A DNA stretch of 64,000 nucleotides from the human T2T-CHM13v2.0 reference genome, Homo sapiens, in the NCBI RefSeq assembly GCF_009914755.1, contig NC_060927.1; one strand, written 5' to 3'. Made by a program: the position numbers and the translations under genes. Below the pieces are notes generated by a model, which ran no database searches, was not told the DNA's origin, and saw only the letters and a program-made list of their open reading frames with translations. How positions within the stretch are numbered: the stretch's first letter is position 1; every line of letters begins with the position of its first letter. This document shows positions 39,990 through 59,445 of this stretch, in pieces.

Positions 39990-41100
39990 TCTCCCAGGCC
40001 TCCCTCCTAACGCGCCTCCACCTCGGCACCCGCCCGTCCCCAACCCCGCGGGACTGACCGACTCGGCGGCGTCCGCTCAGCTCACCCTCGCCACCACAGA
40101 GGGCCTCCTCCCTCACAGGAACGCAGCTCCACAGTGGAGGGACGGGAAAGTGGCTCCCCAAACTCCAGTATGGGACAAGAGGGAATGAGTGCAGGTCCCA
40201 AGCCACTCCCTCCATCGTCGCGCCCCCAGGACTCCCCGCCCAACACACTAGGCACACCAGACTGTGCTACAGGAAAAGAAAAAGGACTCAGAACCACCTT
40301 CTCCGCATCCGTAAAGGTCCTTAGACTCACCGCGGGGAGGAAGCGGACCAGGCAACTCCACAGCACGGAAACACAGCGCCACGAGCTCCAGGCGGATGCT
40401 GAGAGCCGCCCCGAGTCCCCGCCCTCCTCTGCCCCGAAGGGCTTCAGGTGCCCAGACCGGGCGGGGCCTCGCGGAGCCTCGCAGCGCAGGCGCAGTCTGC
40501 AGGCAACATTCAACTGCAAGGCATCGGCCAATGGGAACTATTGCTGGGCTCGTTCGAAAGTAAACGGTGGACGGCGCGGCCCGAGGCAGGTGGCGGGAGT
40601 CAGTTTAAGGCTGGCGCCCAGCTTTCCGCGCCTGCGTGCTAGGCGCAGGCCGCCTCTCGGAAGCTTGGCCTCGCAGGAGCGGCTCTCTATCCTGTGGGGA
40701 GCTTCGGCCAGTGGGCCTCGTGAGCTGGGGTCCCGCCTGGGGAATCCGCATGGCACCGGTGGTCTGGGGGAGAGGCTGGGCCTGGCGCGGGACGAGGCGA
40801 AGCGCCGGTGGCCGACGGCTTCTGAGGAATTATCTTTTACTTGGCGCCACACGGGGCGGGGCCTCCTGCTATGCTGTGGAGCGCAGTGTCTTCCATCGTT
40901 GCCTCACAGACCCGCTGCTCCGGGAAGTCGCCACACATTCTCAGGGAACACCCACATCTGTCGCCTGCGCCCTCCGCCGCTCAGCTGTTTGCTTTTGTTT
41001 ACGCATTCCGGAGACCTGACCCACCGGAGCACTGGGCTGAGCACAGGAGAAGGGGCTTTGGAGCGCTCTTTGTACTCAACTCCAAGAGCGAGTGGGAAAC
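39990..41100. promoter_or_regulatory. CpG island / TATA-less TRIM59 promoter
   Basis: High GC and dense CpG in an otherwise AT-rich region; GC box GGGCGGGG 40459-40466, NRF1-like GCGCAGGCGCA 40484-40494, CCAAT 40528-40532, E2F-like TGGCGGGA 40591-40598. Confidence 0.85.
40331..40450 (-). other. TRIM59: Probable TRIM59 non-coding exon 1 (TSS approximate)
   Basis: Strong donor CGG|gtgagt on - strand (40325-40330) inside the CpG island, downstream of GC box/NRF1/CCAAT motifs. Confidence 0.6.
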
Positions 41101-41347
41101 TCAGGACTGGGTTGGGTAGATCCCTGCGTCTCTCCCTAGCCTTCGTCCTCTTCCCCCGTTTTTCCACTTTATGAAAGTATTGCCTAGAGATGAGGGCTGT
41201 CCAACTCAACACTTCCAACTTCAAGTTCCTACTTCACCTCTAACTCCCTAGAGTTAGAAAACAACGTACAGCTTAGAGGTTCCTTTCCCTTTTTTTCTTG
41301 AGAAACTTTATTCAGCTTTATCTCAAGACATCACCGCTTCCCTCTCC

Positions 41348-41795
41348 TGTCAACCTTAAATAGTGAGGTTCTGGAAATATGATTAAGGATAGAGTTTATT
41401 CCAGCGTAAGGCTTGAGGGTAGCCACCCAGGAGACACCAGCTCCAAATGGGGTTAGCATTCCAAAGTGAAGAAGTTAGGGTTTCGCCTAGGTGGCCAGAG
41501 ACAAATTTTAACAGGATTTCATTTCCCCTAAGAGACCAGTGCATACTTACAGCTATTTGGTAGGTTACAGATTACTACATTCCAAGAAAAAGTATTTTGT
41601 TACTCCATGAGGGGGGGTAGTGATCTCAGGGGGTTGTATCTCTGGTATGGTTTGGTCCTCCTATTTTAATTATTTATAGAAACAAAAGGCAGACGTTGCA
41701 GATGCCTGCTGCTTGACTCAGGCTGTAGCCACATTCCTCCCAAGGCTCGGAATAAAGTTCCAACAGCTTTAAGTTTGAATTATTTAACTTCCAAT
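41348..41795 (-). mobile_element. Probable ERV1 (MER4-group) solo LTR next to the CpG island
   Basis: Starts TGTCAACC..., contains TTTATT (poly(A) signal on -) and agagtttattcca..gcttgagg motif typical of reversed MER4-group LTRs; family uncertain. Confidence 0.45.
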
Positions 41796-41847
41796 AACTA
41801 TAAAGTCATTTTGTTTACTAATGTGCTAAATAAAGATATGGGCTCTA

Positions 41848-42708
<861 letters not shown>

Positions 42709-42831
42709 CCCAACGTATTATGAATTATTTTTCCATAGCAGTAAATGTACTATATTTCTATTAAATTATTGTCTTTAAACAAAGTTTAATTGCTTCTGGA
42801 ATTGAATTAATATGGCTGAAAATGTTTCTGA

Positions 42832-44430
<1,599 letters not shown>

Positions 44431-44848
44431 AGAAAAAATATTTGAAGGAAGAGGCCGAATGCTTGAGAGAAGCAGAAAGAATTGTTTGCCCCTAAAATAG
44501 AGATGATTCGGGTCCTAGTGGGGGAAAACTATGACACCAAAAGGGAAGGGTTATATTGGTGCCTCCAGGGAGTCTGCTTTAGAGGCCCATGGGTTCCCAA
44601 CCCTGCCAAAGATTCAAGATTTCTGTAGTCCAGCAATAATTTGGGGGTTGAGGAGGCTGGGATGGTGTGGAGAACCACAGGAGCCTACAAAAACAATGGT
44701 GGCCTCAGTGGTGGCAGGCAACTTGACATATTTGGTTTTGTGGACTGTGATTAACATACTCTATAAAAGATAATGTTTTTCTGGGAAGGTGGGACAGGAG
44801 AACTAATACTCAAATGCAGGAGTACATGCTTCAAATCCATAAGCCTAA

Positions 44849-45476
<628 letters not shown>

Positions 45477-47961
45477 GAATTTTTTTTTTTAATTATGACA
45501 TCCTTTTGGTGCTCAGGTCAGACTTTTTGCTTCTAGGCATCTTCTGTCTCAGTTGCTAAAACAGGAGGCATCAGTAACAGAGAAGTGCCCTATAGGCAAG
45601 CTAAAACTCTTTGATTAGGGGTATTAATAGCTACAGAGTTTAAATACTCCACTCTTGTCTCCCATCACATTAGCCTCAGCAGAATTCTAATAAAGAGAAC
45701 ATGTGATTTTCCAAAGTTAGAAAGCTCCTGTGTTTCATTTCTAGGACTTCACAGAAAATGCACAGCTCTCATCTGGAGCCTGGAGTGCAAAGAAAACAGC
45801 AGCAGCTGGCACCGTAATTATAGTGGGAGTGAATCTGTGACAATGAGCTAGGAGAATCTACCTGACAGTTCACAGAAGGTCATTTTATCTGGAAAAAAGC
45901 ACACAGCTATATGATGCAGTGGAGTTTATAGACTCAGAAACCTGAAGTTTGGGGGTATTTTGGAGGCAATGTAGAACCTCATTTTTAGAGGAGAGAAACC
46001 TATCAACCATGTTGGTGTTGCTTTCAACTGAGTTTGAGCTCGTTTGCATATTACTACCTAAAAATATATAAACTACACAATTTTAAAAACTGGAACATAA
46101 ACAGAATTTGTTTTCACACAGCCCTTTTCAGCTGTATCTCTGAATGCACCTTGGAAGACTCCAAAGATGTGTCTGTCCTGTAGCAGTTTACCTTGTAACT
46201 AGTTTTCCTTTTCTTTATTATCATAGAGTCTTTTTTATTTCAAATGCCACTGACTTTTTTGCCACCAACTTTTTTAAGTACTCAGTTTTATGGGTGGCTG
46301 TAACCTTAAGTAAATTTGGGGATCTCTTTATGTAGGCACTTAATATCCAATTTTCTAGACTATTTTGTAATGGTTATGCATGCATCTATTTTTTAAAAAT
46401 GATCCAAACATTTTGAATTTCAAGAATTTTTTCTGATAAATGATTTGTAGAATTTTTATTTTGATACAGCCTTGTGTGATTCTCTAGTCCATTTCATCAA
46501 ACCAGTATCTGTTAGTTGCCTTCTAAAATACACAGCATTACAGAGGCAAAGAATACAGTCCTGTACTCAAGTTGCTTATCTAAGTGAGCTAACATACAGA
46601 TCTAGTTAAATGACAATATCAGATAAACTGCAGATTAAAGTGTACCTCCAACTGGGACAAGCAGCCCAGGCCGTATGCCACTGAGTTTCCGAGATTTCTG
46701 GTGACTGATGACCAGAAGTCGGAGCTGTACCTGGATGATCTTCACCTGTTCTGAGATCCATAGAGGGATTTCCAGAATAGATACAAATCACACTGGCTGC
46801 CCACCTCACAATTAGGCCCCTATTCATCATGTCTGTGCTATATCACCTTTTCAGGTGATAATCTCTGTCTCCTGTAATTCAGAATGGTTGGATTTGAGGC
46901 AGCAAGACAAGTCTGGGATTGGGTAATGTCTTCCTAATGCTGGTTGGCATTATAGCTGAAAAGTCAAGAAACATATATCTTTTAAGTTTTCTAGACTTGA
47001 AAGAATAAAACACCCCTGTAATTTAAATCCTCTACTGAGACACTGCCCTGTTGTCTTTTAAAGGAGAAACACTAGGACTTTTCTAGTTACAAAAACCCTC
47101 TTACAGTATATACATGTCACTCTGTATGTTCAGAATGGCAAATCCCAAATATGTGTGTGTGCTAAGGACTTGAAATAGTTCATGTGGATGATTACTTATA
47201 CTGTTAACCCTTGAACAAGACAGGTTTGAACTGCAAGGGCCCATTTATGGGTGGATTTTTAAAAATAAATATATTAGAAAATATCATGGAGATTTGGACA
47301 ATTTGAAAAAACTCACAGATGAACCGTGTAGCCTAGAAATATCAAAAAAAAGGTATGTCATGAATGCATAAAATATAGGTAGATGCTAGTTTATCATTTA
47401 CTACCATAAAATATACACAAACCTTTTATAAAAAGTTAAAATTTACCAAAACTTACACACACAGACTGTACATAGCACCATTCAAAGTTGAGAGAAGTAT
47501 AAACAAACATAAAGATGCAATGTTAAATCATAACTGCATAAAATGAACTACAGCACATACCGTCCTACTGTAGTAATTTCATAGCCCCTTCTGTTGCTGT
47601 TGCAGTTGCAGTGAGCTCATGTTGTATCTGCTTAAAACACTGTGTGACCTTAATCTTCTCCCCATGAGCAGTTCATCTCCCTAGTAAATCGCTTATTGTG
47701 GTAAAAAGTGATCTCTCACCGTTCTCATGTATTTTTCATTGTGTTTAGTGCAATACTGTGAACCTTGAATAACACCATGGGACCCATAGAGTGTCACTAA
47801 TGATGCTGGAAGTGCTCCCGAGAAGCAGAGAAAAGTCATGATGTTACAAGAAAAAGTTGAATTGCTTGATACGTACCATAGAGTAAAGTCTGCAGCTGAG
47901 ATTGCCCACCATTTCAAGTTAAATAAATCCAGCATAAAGACCACTATAGAAAAAAAAAGGA

Positions 47962-48265
47962 GGCCGGACGTGGTGGCTCACACCTGTAATCCCAGCACTT
48001 TGGGAACACCAAGGCAGGCAGATCACGAGGTTAAGAGATCGAGACCATCCTGGCCAACATGGTGAAACCCCGTCTCTACTAAAAATACAAAAATTAGCTG
48101 GGCATGGTGGTGGGCACCTGTAGTCCAAGCTACTCAGGAGGCTGAGGCAGGAGAATTGCTTAAACTCGGGAGGCAGAGGTTGCAAGTGAGCCGAGATCAT
48201 GCCACTGCACTCCAGCCTGGCGACAGAGTGAGACTTCATCTCAAAAAAAAAAAAAAAAAAAAAAA
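47962..48265 (+). mobile_element. AluS inserted into the Tigger transposase ORF; Alu monomer also at about 48624-48758
   Basis: TSD AAAAAAAAGGA; transposase-like peptide resumes after it (EIHEGV...IENAAFI). Confidence 0.88.
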
Positions 48266-50167
48266 GGAAATTCATGAAGGTGTCACTATAGCTATGCTAG
48301 AAGGCACAAAAACCTTGCACTTTTTGCAAAATACTTTATCTCATATTGAGAATGCAGCTTTTATATAGGTATAGGATTGCTATAAGAAAGGCATACCTAT
48401 AGACTCTAATATGATTCAAGAAGAAGCAAAGTCACAATATGACAACTTAAAGCAAAAGGAAGGTTAAAGGATCTAAAGCTGGAAAATGTAACACCAGCAG
48501 TGGAAGGTTTGATGATTTTAGAAAGAGATTTGGCTTTTAAAATGTCAGGATAACAGGAGAAGCAGCTTCTGCTGACCAAGAGGCAGCAGATGAGTTCCCA
48601 GATGCCATTAAGAAAATCATTAAAGCCAGGCACCGTAGGTCTCTCCTGTGATCCCAGCACTTTTGGAAGTTTAGGCAGGAGAATAACTTGAGTCCAGGAA
48701 TTTGAGACCAACCTGGGCAACATGATGAGACTCCGTCTCAAAAATACGAAAAAAAAAGTCATTGAAGGGAAATGATTCTGCCTGATTGGGTTTTTAATAC
48801 AGATGAAAGTGTCCTATTATGGAAAAAAAAAAAGCCGCAAAGGACATGTATTAGTAAGGTAGAGAAGTGAGCACCAGGATTTAAGGCAAGAAAGTATAGG
48901 CTAACTCTAGTGTTTTATGCAAATGCTATCAGGACTGCCATTATCTAGAAAGCCGCTAATCCCCGAGCCTTGAAGAGAAAAGATAAACACCAGCTGCCAG
49001 TCTTGGTGTACAAAAGGCCTGGACAAGGAGAACCCTTTTTCTGGTTTGGCTCCATTGATGCTTTGTCCCTAAAGTCAAGAAGTATCTTGCCAGTAATGGA
49101 CTGCCTTTTAAAGTTCTTTTGATATTGGACATTGCCCCTGGCCACCCGGAACCCCACAAGCTCAACACTGAAGGTGTGAAAGTGGTCTACTAGCCCCCAA
49201 ACACAACATCTCTAAATCAGCCTCTAGGTTAGAGGGTCATAAGGACCATTAAGGCTCATTACATACACATGGTACCCTAAGGAAAGGAAGAGAACCTCAT
49301 AGAGAAAACACATGAAAGTCTGGATTACACCACTAAAGATGGCATCATTGTTATAGAAAAAGCTGTGAAAGTTATCAAGCCCCAAACAATACATTCCTGC
49401 AGTTTTCTTCAGCAGGAATGTATTGTTTGGGGCTTGCTAACTTATATGTAACTTGTTCTGTCATAAATCCAGTTATTATTTATTTTGACAGAACCAATCG
49501 AGGAAATCATAAAAGAGATTGTGAATATGGCAAAAAAAGGTGGAGGGTGAAGGGTTTTAAGATACCTTGGAGAAATTCAAGAACTAATAGACACGACACT
49601 AGAGGAATTAACAGAAGACAGCTTGAAGATGAGCACCTCTGAACAGTGCCAAATGATGAAGAAAAAGACATAAAAGAAGCAGTGCCAGAAAACAAACTGA
49701 CATTAGACAACCTGGCAGAAAAGTTTCAATGATTCAAGATTGCTTTTGACTTCTCTTACAGCAAGGACTGTTCTATGATAAGGGCACTGAAACTAATGCA
49801 AAAAGTAGAAGAAGAATTGGTACTGTACAGAAACAATTTTAGAGAAATAGAAAAGTAATAAAAGCCAGACAGAAATTGTGACATATTTCCAAAAAGTTAC
49901 ACCAAGTGTGCCTGCCTTTCCTGACTCCTCTTCCACTTCCTCCATCTCTGTCAGCCCAAGACAGCAAGACCTACCCCCGTTCTCTTCCTTCTCCTCCTCA
50001 GCCTGCTTAGCTTGAAGATGACAAGGATGAAGACTTGTATGATGATCCACTTTCACTTAATGAATAATAAATATATTTTCTCAAGTTTTTAAAAATGTTT
50101 TCTCTAGCTTACGCTATTGTAAGAATGTAGTATATAATACATGTAACGTACAAAATATGTGTTAATA

Positions 50168-51858
50168 CAGGTGTCCCCAATTTGAGGAACCGGGCCACAG
50201 ACCAGGAGGTGAGCAGAGGCTGAGCTAGCAAAGCTTTATCTGTATTTCCAGCCGCTCCTTACTGCTTACGTTACCACCTGAGCTCCACCTCCTGTCAGAT
50301 CAGTGGCGGCATTAGATTCTCATAGGAGTGCAAACCTTATTGTTATGGGATCTTTGGGGTGTCGATTTTCTGTCCAGAAACCTGTGTGGCCACAGTGCCT
50401 TTGCTTGAGTTCTTGTCCTACATCCAGGAAGAATGAGATACACAGACAAGTGAAGGGTGAAGAAGAAGAAGATGAGCTTTATTGAGTGTTACAACAGCTC
50501 AGAGGATCCCCGCAGTGGGTAGCTCCTCTCCGTAGGCAGGTCATCTGTCAGGTGGTCAGTTCTCAGCAGAGAGAGGCCCTGGAGAGGGTGGCACATCCCT
50601 GCCAGCAGGTCATCTCTGCAGCTCTCAGCAGAGAGGGTTGGTCCTCTCTGCAACTGGTTGTCCCATCATCTCCAGCTATCAACAGAGAGGGTACCTTCTC
50701 TCTATAGCTGGTTATCCTATCATCTCTCTGCCCTCTTCATCCTCTGGCCATCCTCTGCCCTGTGCTAGCGAAGGCCAGGGCTTTTATGGACTGCAGAGGG
50801 GAGGAAGTGTGTGCTGATTGGTCAATAGGCAGCCATGGGCAGGCCTGGAAGAGGCACCATGAGTCCCCTACTCCAGTCAGCAGGACTGGCAGCCTGGCCC
50901 CTGGCCTGAAGGTGGGGCCTTACTGGGGACCCGCCCCCTTCAGCCCAGGAATCTGTCTGCCTCCTTCTGCCATTTATGGCCCCAGGGCTTGACCCCAACC
51001 CCACTCCAAGATTAGAGCCGGCACTGGGAAGGACAGAGTCCAGGCAGTGGGAGCAGACACCCCCCAGCCAGCAGGAATGGAGAGGTGGGGGCCCTTCCCA
51101 GGCCCCTGAGGATGCAGACTACAGAGATACCCAGGTCCTTCGCCTGGGAGGACAGCTACAGCTGCACCCAGGGAGCTCCTGCCCCACCAACTCAGAAGGA
51201 GGGGGGTTCCTGCTTATCCCTGACTCCTGCCTGCTCCATGGAGGGGGAGGCCCAGGTCTGCAGCTGCAGGTCAGGTGGATGCAGCTGCACCCACAAGGGC
51301 AGATCCTGCCTGCTCCCAGCCCCCTCCAAGAGCACAGGGAGGCTCGGATCCACAGCTGCAGTTTGGGTGGCTGCAGCCCCGTCCAGGAGGGTGGGGCTCC
51401 TGCCTGCTCCTTAGAGAGCAGGAGGCCTGGGTCTGCAGTCACAGTTTGGGTGGTTGCAGCAGCACTGGGGAGCTCCATGAAGTGTGCAGCCCCAGCCACA
51501 CCACCCTGCTGCATCTGCTGCCATCACTATCATGAACTGTGCATTTGAGGGATCTAGGTTGTGTGCTTCTTATGAAAATCTAATGCCTGATGACCTGTCA
51601 TTGTCTCCCATCATCCCCAGATGGGACCATCTAGTTGCAGGAAAACAAGCTCAGGGCTCCCAATGATTCTACATTATGGTGAGTTGTATAATTATTTCAT
51701 TATGTATTACAATGTAATAATAATAGATATAAAGTGCACAATAAATGTAATGCACTTGAATCATCCTGAAACCATCCTCCCCTCCCCCAACCCTGATCTG
51801 TGGACAAATTGTCTTCCATGAAACTGGTGTTTGGTACCAAAAAGGTTGCAGACTGCTG
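50168..51858. mobile_element. MER1A-type hAT-Charlie element inside Tigger2
   Basis: CAGGTGTCCCCAA...TTGCAGACTGCTG; perfect 8-bp TSD TGTTAATA (50160-50167, 51859-51866). Confidence 0.85.
50341..51526 (-). mobile_element. MER52-like ERV1 solo LTR inside MER1
   Basis: TG...CA ends, GC-rich with repeated gcagctgca motifs, TTTATT near 50478; 4-bp TSD TTAT/CTAT splitting the MER1 motif AACCCTATTGTGAACTG. Confidence 0.8.
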
Positions 51859-52520
51859 TGTTAATAGACTGTTTATGTTATTAGTAAGGCTTCTGGTCAA
51901 CAGCAGGTTATTATTAGTGAAGTTCTGGGGGAGTTAAAAGTTTTATATATGTTTTTTTTACTGCATGGGGAGTCATCCCCCCAACCTCCACATTGTTCAA
52001 GAGTCAACTGTTGTTCCTTTTTTTTTCCCTTTCAGGATGCCTTTCATGTTCATCATAATCAGAATTGGCCTTTTTAAAAAATTTAGGCAGACTTGAAGTA
52101 TGATTTGTACCCTGCCTCATTTTTAAGATGATCCTAGCAATGTATGAGTAAACACCAAATACGTTTTAGAGATAGCATTCAAAAGGAAAGAGATTGTCAC
52201 CTCATATATGCAATAACCTTAAATACAACGGGCGAACATTTATGTAGCACTTATTGTGAACCAGGCACTTTATTAAATCATTCATTATCTTCTGTAATCC
52301 TTACAAATGGGCTATAAAATAGTTACTGTATTTTAAACTTTTAAATGAAGTATAGAAAAGAAACAGTGGGTCTCTATCTTCATCCTTGTTTTACAAAGGA
52401 GGACACTAAATGCTAGCAAGGTTAAATAATGCCCTCCAGGCTGCTTAATGTTGTTCTCTAATTCCAAAGCAGGAGCTCTTCACTGCCAGATTGTGTGCTC
52501 TTATTTTCTTCCTCGCCTTC

Positions 52521-52965
52521 TGTTATTAGCTTCCTAGGGCTATTGTAACAAGTTACCACAAACTTGGTGGCCTGGAGCAACAGAAATTTATCCTTTCATG
52601 GTTTTGGAGGCCAAGTCCAAACTTACATGTAAGTAAGGCTATGCTCCCCCTGAGGGCTCTAGGGGAGAATCTGATCTTGCCTCCTCCAGCTTCTGGTGGT
52701 TCCAGGCATTCCTTGACTTGGGTTACATAATGCCACTCTCTGCCTCTGCCTTCATGTGGGCTTCTCCTCTGTATGCCTTCTTTTCTGTCTGTTATAAGGA
52801 CACTTGTCATTGGATTTAGTCCTACCTGGGTAATCCTGGACAATCTCATCTGAAGATTCTTAATTACATCTACAAAGACTCTTCTTCCAAATTAGGTCAC
52901 ATTCTAGGTTTTGAGGGTTAAGAGGTGGACATATCTTTTGCAGGACCACCATTTAACCTATTACA
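52521..52965 (-). mobile_element. MLT1-type MaLR LTR
   Basis: ttcctagggctattgtaacaagttaccacaaacttggtggc...acagaaatttat...ataaggacacttgtcattggatttag. Confidence 0.8.
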
Positions 52966-54567
52966 CCTTCCTAATGCGATCCCTATGGGTTGGAGCTGTC
53001 ATTTATACGATGTTGAGAGCTTAACAGACTCATAGAATACTAAGTGGAGAGTGAATCCCAGAGATCATCTCCACATTTTCAACAGGATAAACTTAGTTCC
53101 AAAGGAGAGGTGGCTGATTCGTGATAACACAGCAAGGTCACAGCAGATTCAAGACCATGCTTAAACTTCCTGATGCCTTATCCAATGGCCATTTCACACT
53201 ATCAGAGAATGATTATATCATTGTGTGATTAACAATGTTTTTCATCTCATAGTGTTTTTCATCTGCCAAAGAATCATGGTAAAAACAATTATCAGTAGTC
53301 TCTGTGACAAATTTCTATCAGATCTCAAGCCCTTAAAAAGTTTTTTTTTTTTTTCACTGATGGGCTAAGTTTCACATGGCTAGGAAAGCTACATAATTAT
53401 CTCTCTTCGTGGCCAACTGCTAAGGGATTAGGTCCAAATCTTAGAATCTCATCAATTCCCTGCCTTCCAGGTCAAATAAATTACTTTTCCTTGGATGGCT
53501 TTTGTGTTAGAAATTTTTGCTGCAACTTCAAGATACAGGCTAACAAACGTCAAAGGGTACTGCAAGGCAGACAGACCTCTGGGGAACATACACAATATAG
53601 GGGCTTGAGAATTGTTCTGGGGCATTGTAACTTCTCACCCTCAGAGAGGGTATGCAAGGGTTGGGGAGGGGATTTGTGAGAATTTCCTTGGAAAGAGTTG
53701 TGGGGGTGCTTTCAGTCCTACCTTCTCACCCAGCATCTGCCCCCACATCAAGCCTAGTGGGAAGGGCTCAGCTATGTCTACTCTGCATTGGAGGAATTGA
53801 GTAGCCTAGCATTTACTAAATCCCTGGGGAACCAGATACAGAGATAGCTGTCTACCCTGGTGGCCAGAGACAGGGAGAGTTGCTGCTGCATTCCCAGAGT
53901 TGGTGGGTGCTGAAAAAGCCTGAGTGCTCCCAAGGATCAGATGAGCAGGTGTGGGGTTGCCAAAGGTCCTGCCCAATTGTTCCAAGGAGAGGGGCAAACA
54001 GGCCTCAACAGAGAAATACTAAAAGCATCACAGCACGCCTTTACTCTGAAAGAGTAAGCAGTGAGCCTGAGGGGAGTGAATCCACCAGGTCAAGCAAACT
54101 GCAGGTGAGAAGTCCCAGTAAAATGCTTTAAAGAACCCATGAAAGAACTCCAGAGTCTCCAGATAACCGCAGAAGATCCTCCATAACAAGAGAGTCAGCT
54201 TGAAACATTACCCCAGCCCAGAGAATGTGAGCTGGGCTTTCCACAGCACCAGCCAGGTAAGAACTCTCCCACTTCACCTCCCTCTCCTCCACCCTCTGTT
54301 CAAATGCAGGAAGGATGAGAAACAGCGGTCAGCTGGGGAAGTGGGGCGGGTGGAAAGGAGGTAATTTAGGAGCAGCCAATCCTGTATGTTCCTCAGGAGT
54401 CAATAACCCCCCTGGAATAGGCCTTATCTGAGGGAGAGGGAGCAACTATAATTTCAAATGAAGTCTCAAGCTTTGACAATGGAACTAATTTCTGAAATGA
54501 GACTGTTTTGCAATTTAAAGGGGCCTCAGGACTTTGTGTTAGCAAACAGTGACTAGAAAAGTCATGG

Positions 54568-54886
<319 letters not shown>

Positions 54887-56284
54887 CTACTGACCACTTC
54901 CATCCAGGGTCAGAGGAAGGACTTTCTTCATTAAGTAAATTTTAAATGGACAGTTGAAGAAAAAAATTAAACTATCTGTGTAGTTGATAGGTTCTTGTTC
55001 AAATTAGCAGTTACACTGTGTTGAAAACAAAAGCCACAATCTCAAACACCTGTCGATGAACAATTGGAGATCTATCACTCTTTAACAAAACGATGTTTGT
55101 TATTGTGGGACAATGCTGGCAGAGATGGGTCTCATCTTGTGATGACTTCAGCAGACTGCCACTAGCAGTGTGTGGTGAATAGTGTGCCTTTAGTTTGCTG
55201 GACTCCTCTTCCAGTGGCCCTCTCTCAGGAGCAAAAGGAGCAAAACACAGTCTATTCACTTTTCCTTATAGAGCAGGTTAGCCATTTCTTATTGTGTAAG
55301 CTTCTGACCTCCATACTCACAGGGTCAAGTTGGTTTTCCTAACAGTAATGATAATTCCTTCTCTAATAATAATTCTGATGTCAACTGAAGAGACAGTGTT
55401 TTTCATCCCCACTGCACTTGATAGTAACCAAAAATGAGCTTCTCATTTTGTACATTTAAAAGATAATCTTTTTTCTTCAGTAAAAATTACACAGCTGTCA
55501 AAACCATGAAACTCACATACATGGTGAGACTTTGCTTGGCTACCGTTCAATGTTTCTGGTTCCTAGTGGTTATTAAAGAGTTATAAGCTTCATATTCACT
55601 CAAGCTTCTAAATTCTTATTCATAAAGTCTGCTCAATCCAACTATAGGTTTGACAAAAGTAGGGAGTGCCAAATTAGTGGCCAGGTTATTGATAATGATT
55701 TGATGACATTTCCAACAGGATGAGGGTCTGGATGTCGTAAAACTAGGAAGCTTTCTACTATTTAAAACCACTCAGCTGAAGAATGTTCTGGTAAATAAGA
55801 GATGATTGACAGGATTTTAAAAATAACTCATGATCTTAGACTGTGAAGAATTACATATCCTTTGCAATTGACAAGACATTTGTCACAGGAAAAAAAATTA
55901 CATACTGAAACCATTCCTAGCTCTGATTGTAATATCCTAAAATATTTCCAATTTCTCAAAGGTTATTACAACATTTAAAAATATCTTCTCAACATAATTT
56001 CTATTAACTTCAGTTTTTAAAATATGTATGTAAAAGTTATAACCATAAGGTAAGTTGTATGATTTAACTTTATAACAGTTCATACCAGATACATTTATAA
56101 ACATCAATACTATGCCTCTAAGTTGTAACACACTGGGGGACTCAAATAATCACTAACATTGCTTGAGGCAGTTCTGGAACTTTTCTTTGGAATTATCTTT
56201 AGAGTTGGTCTATGAACCAGACCAGAAAACAGACAAAACAAAAAGTCATATTATTTCATGGATCTATCTTCTATTTCTTTTTAA

Positions 56285-57730
<1,446 letters not shown>

Positions 57731-58228
57731 GATATATTACCAATCCTCCTCCAAGTCCTGGATAATTTAAAGAGAACTCAAATTTAGGATCTCATCTTGA
57801 AGTCAGTTTTTTTCCTTTGTTCTCACTCTAGCACTTCATCCCTGTGATTAGGCCCAGGTCTTGTGATCCTGTCTTCTTTACCCTGTCAGTCCTGCTCTGT
57901 GTTCTAACGACCTGAAGTCCATATGTGGGTTGTGGAGCTAAACCACCATGAAGAAGGGAAGTCTATATACCCATACAGCCACATTCATCACAAGTTTCTG
58001 TTTGAAGCTTGTCAAACTCATTACAAGACAGATCAGTTCAGTTTCAAATGCACATTTATAAGGTGATCATCTCTATCTGCTAAGTATCAATACAGTAAAG
58101 TTAATTTTTGTTTCCGTTTTATCTTTATGATAAAGCTGTTTTATCCTTTTCCCCTTTTCAAGTGAAAAAAAATCTCTAGTTTCATGAAACAGTTGAAAAC
58201 TAGAGTATGAAATAAAATCTGCTTTTCG

Positions 58229-59445
<1,217 letters not shown>

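Larger units (their letters stand above)
47201..52010 (+). mobile_element. Tigger2-like TcMar/pogo DNA transposon, near full length, with decayed transposase and nested insertions
   Basis: TIRs CTGTTAACCCTTGAACAA / TTGTTCAAGAGTCAACTG, TA at left. HTH remnant MMLQEKVELLD...[14 protein letters not shown] (47838); DDE remnants FNTDES (about 48790) and VLLILDIAPGHP (about 49110). Confidence 0.85.

Noticed and set aside
40134-41174. 346-aa + strand ORF and overlapping ORFs in the CpG island
   Set aside because: GTG start, low-complexity R/G/P/S/A content, no domain; long stop-free frames are expected in GC-rich DNA.
47838-49800. Possible domesticated Tigger (TIGD-like) transposase gene
   Set aside because: Interrupted by two Alu insertions, multiple stops and frameshifts.
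50976-51548. 190-aa and overlapping ORFs
   Set aside because: Lie wholly within a GC-rich MER52-like LTR; no recognisable domain.
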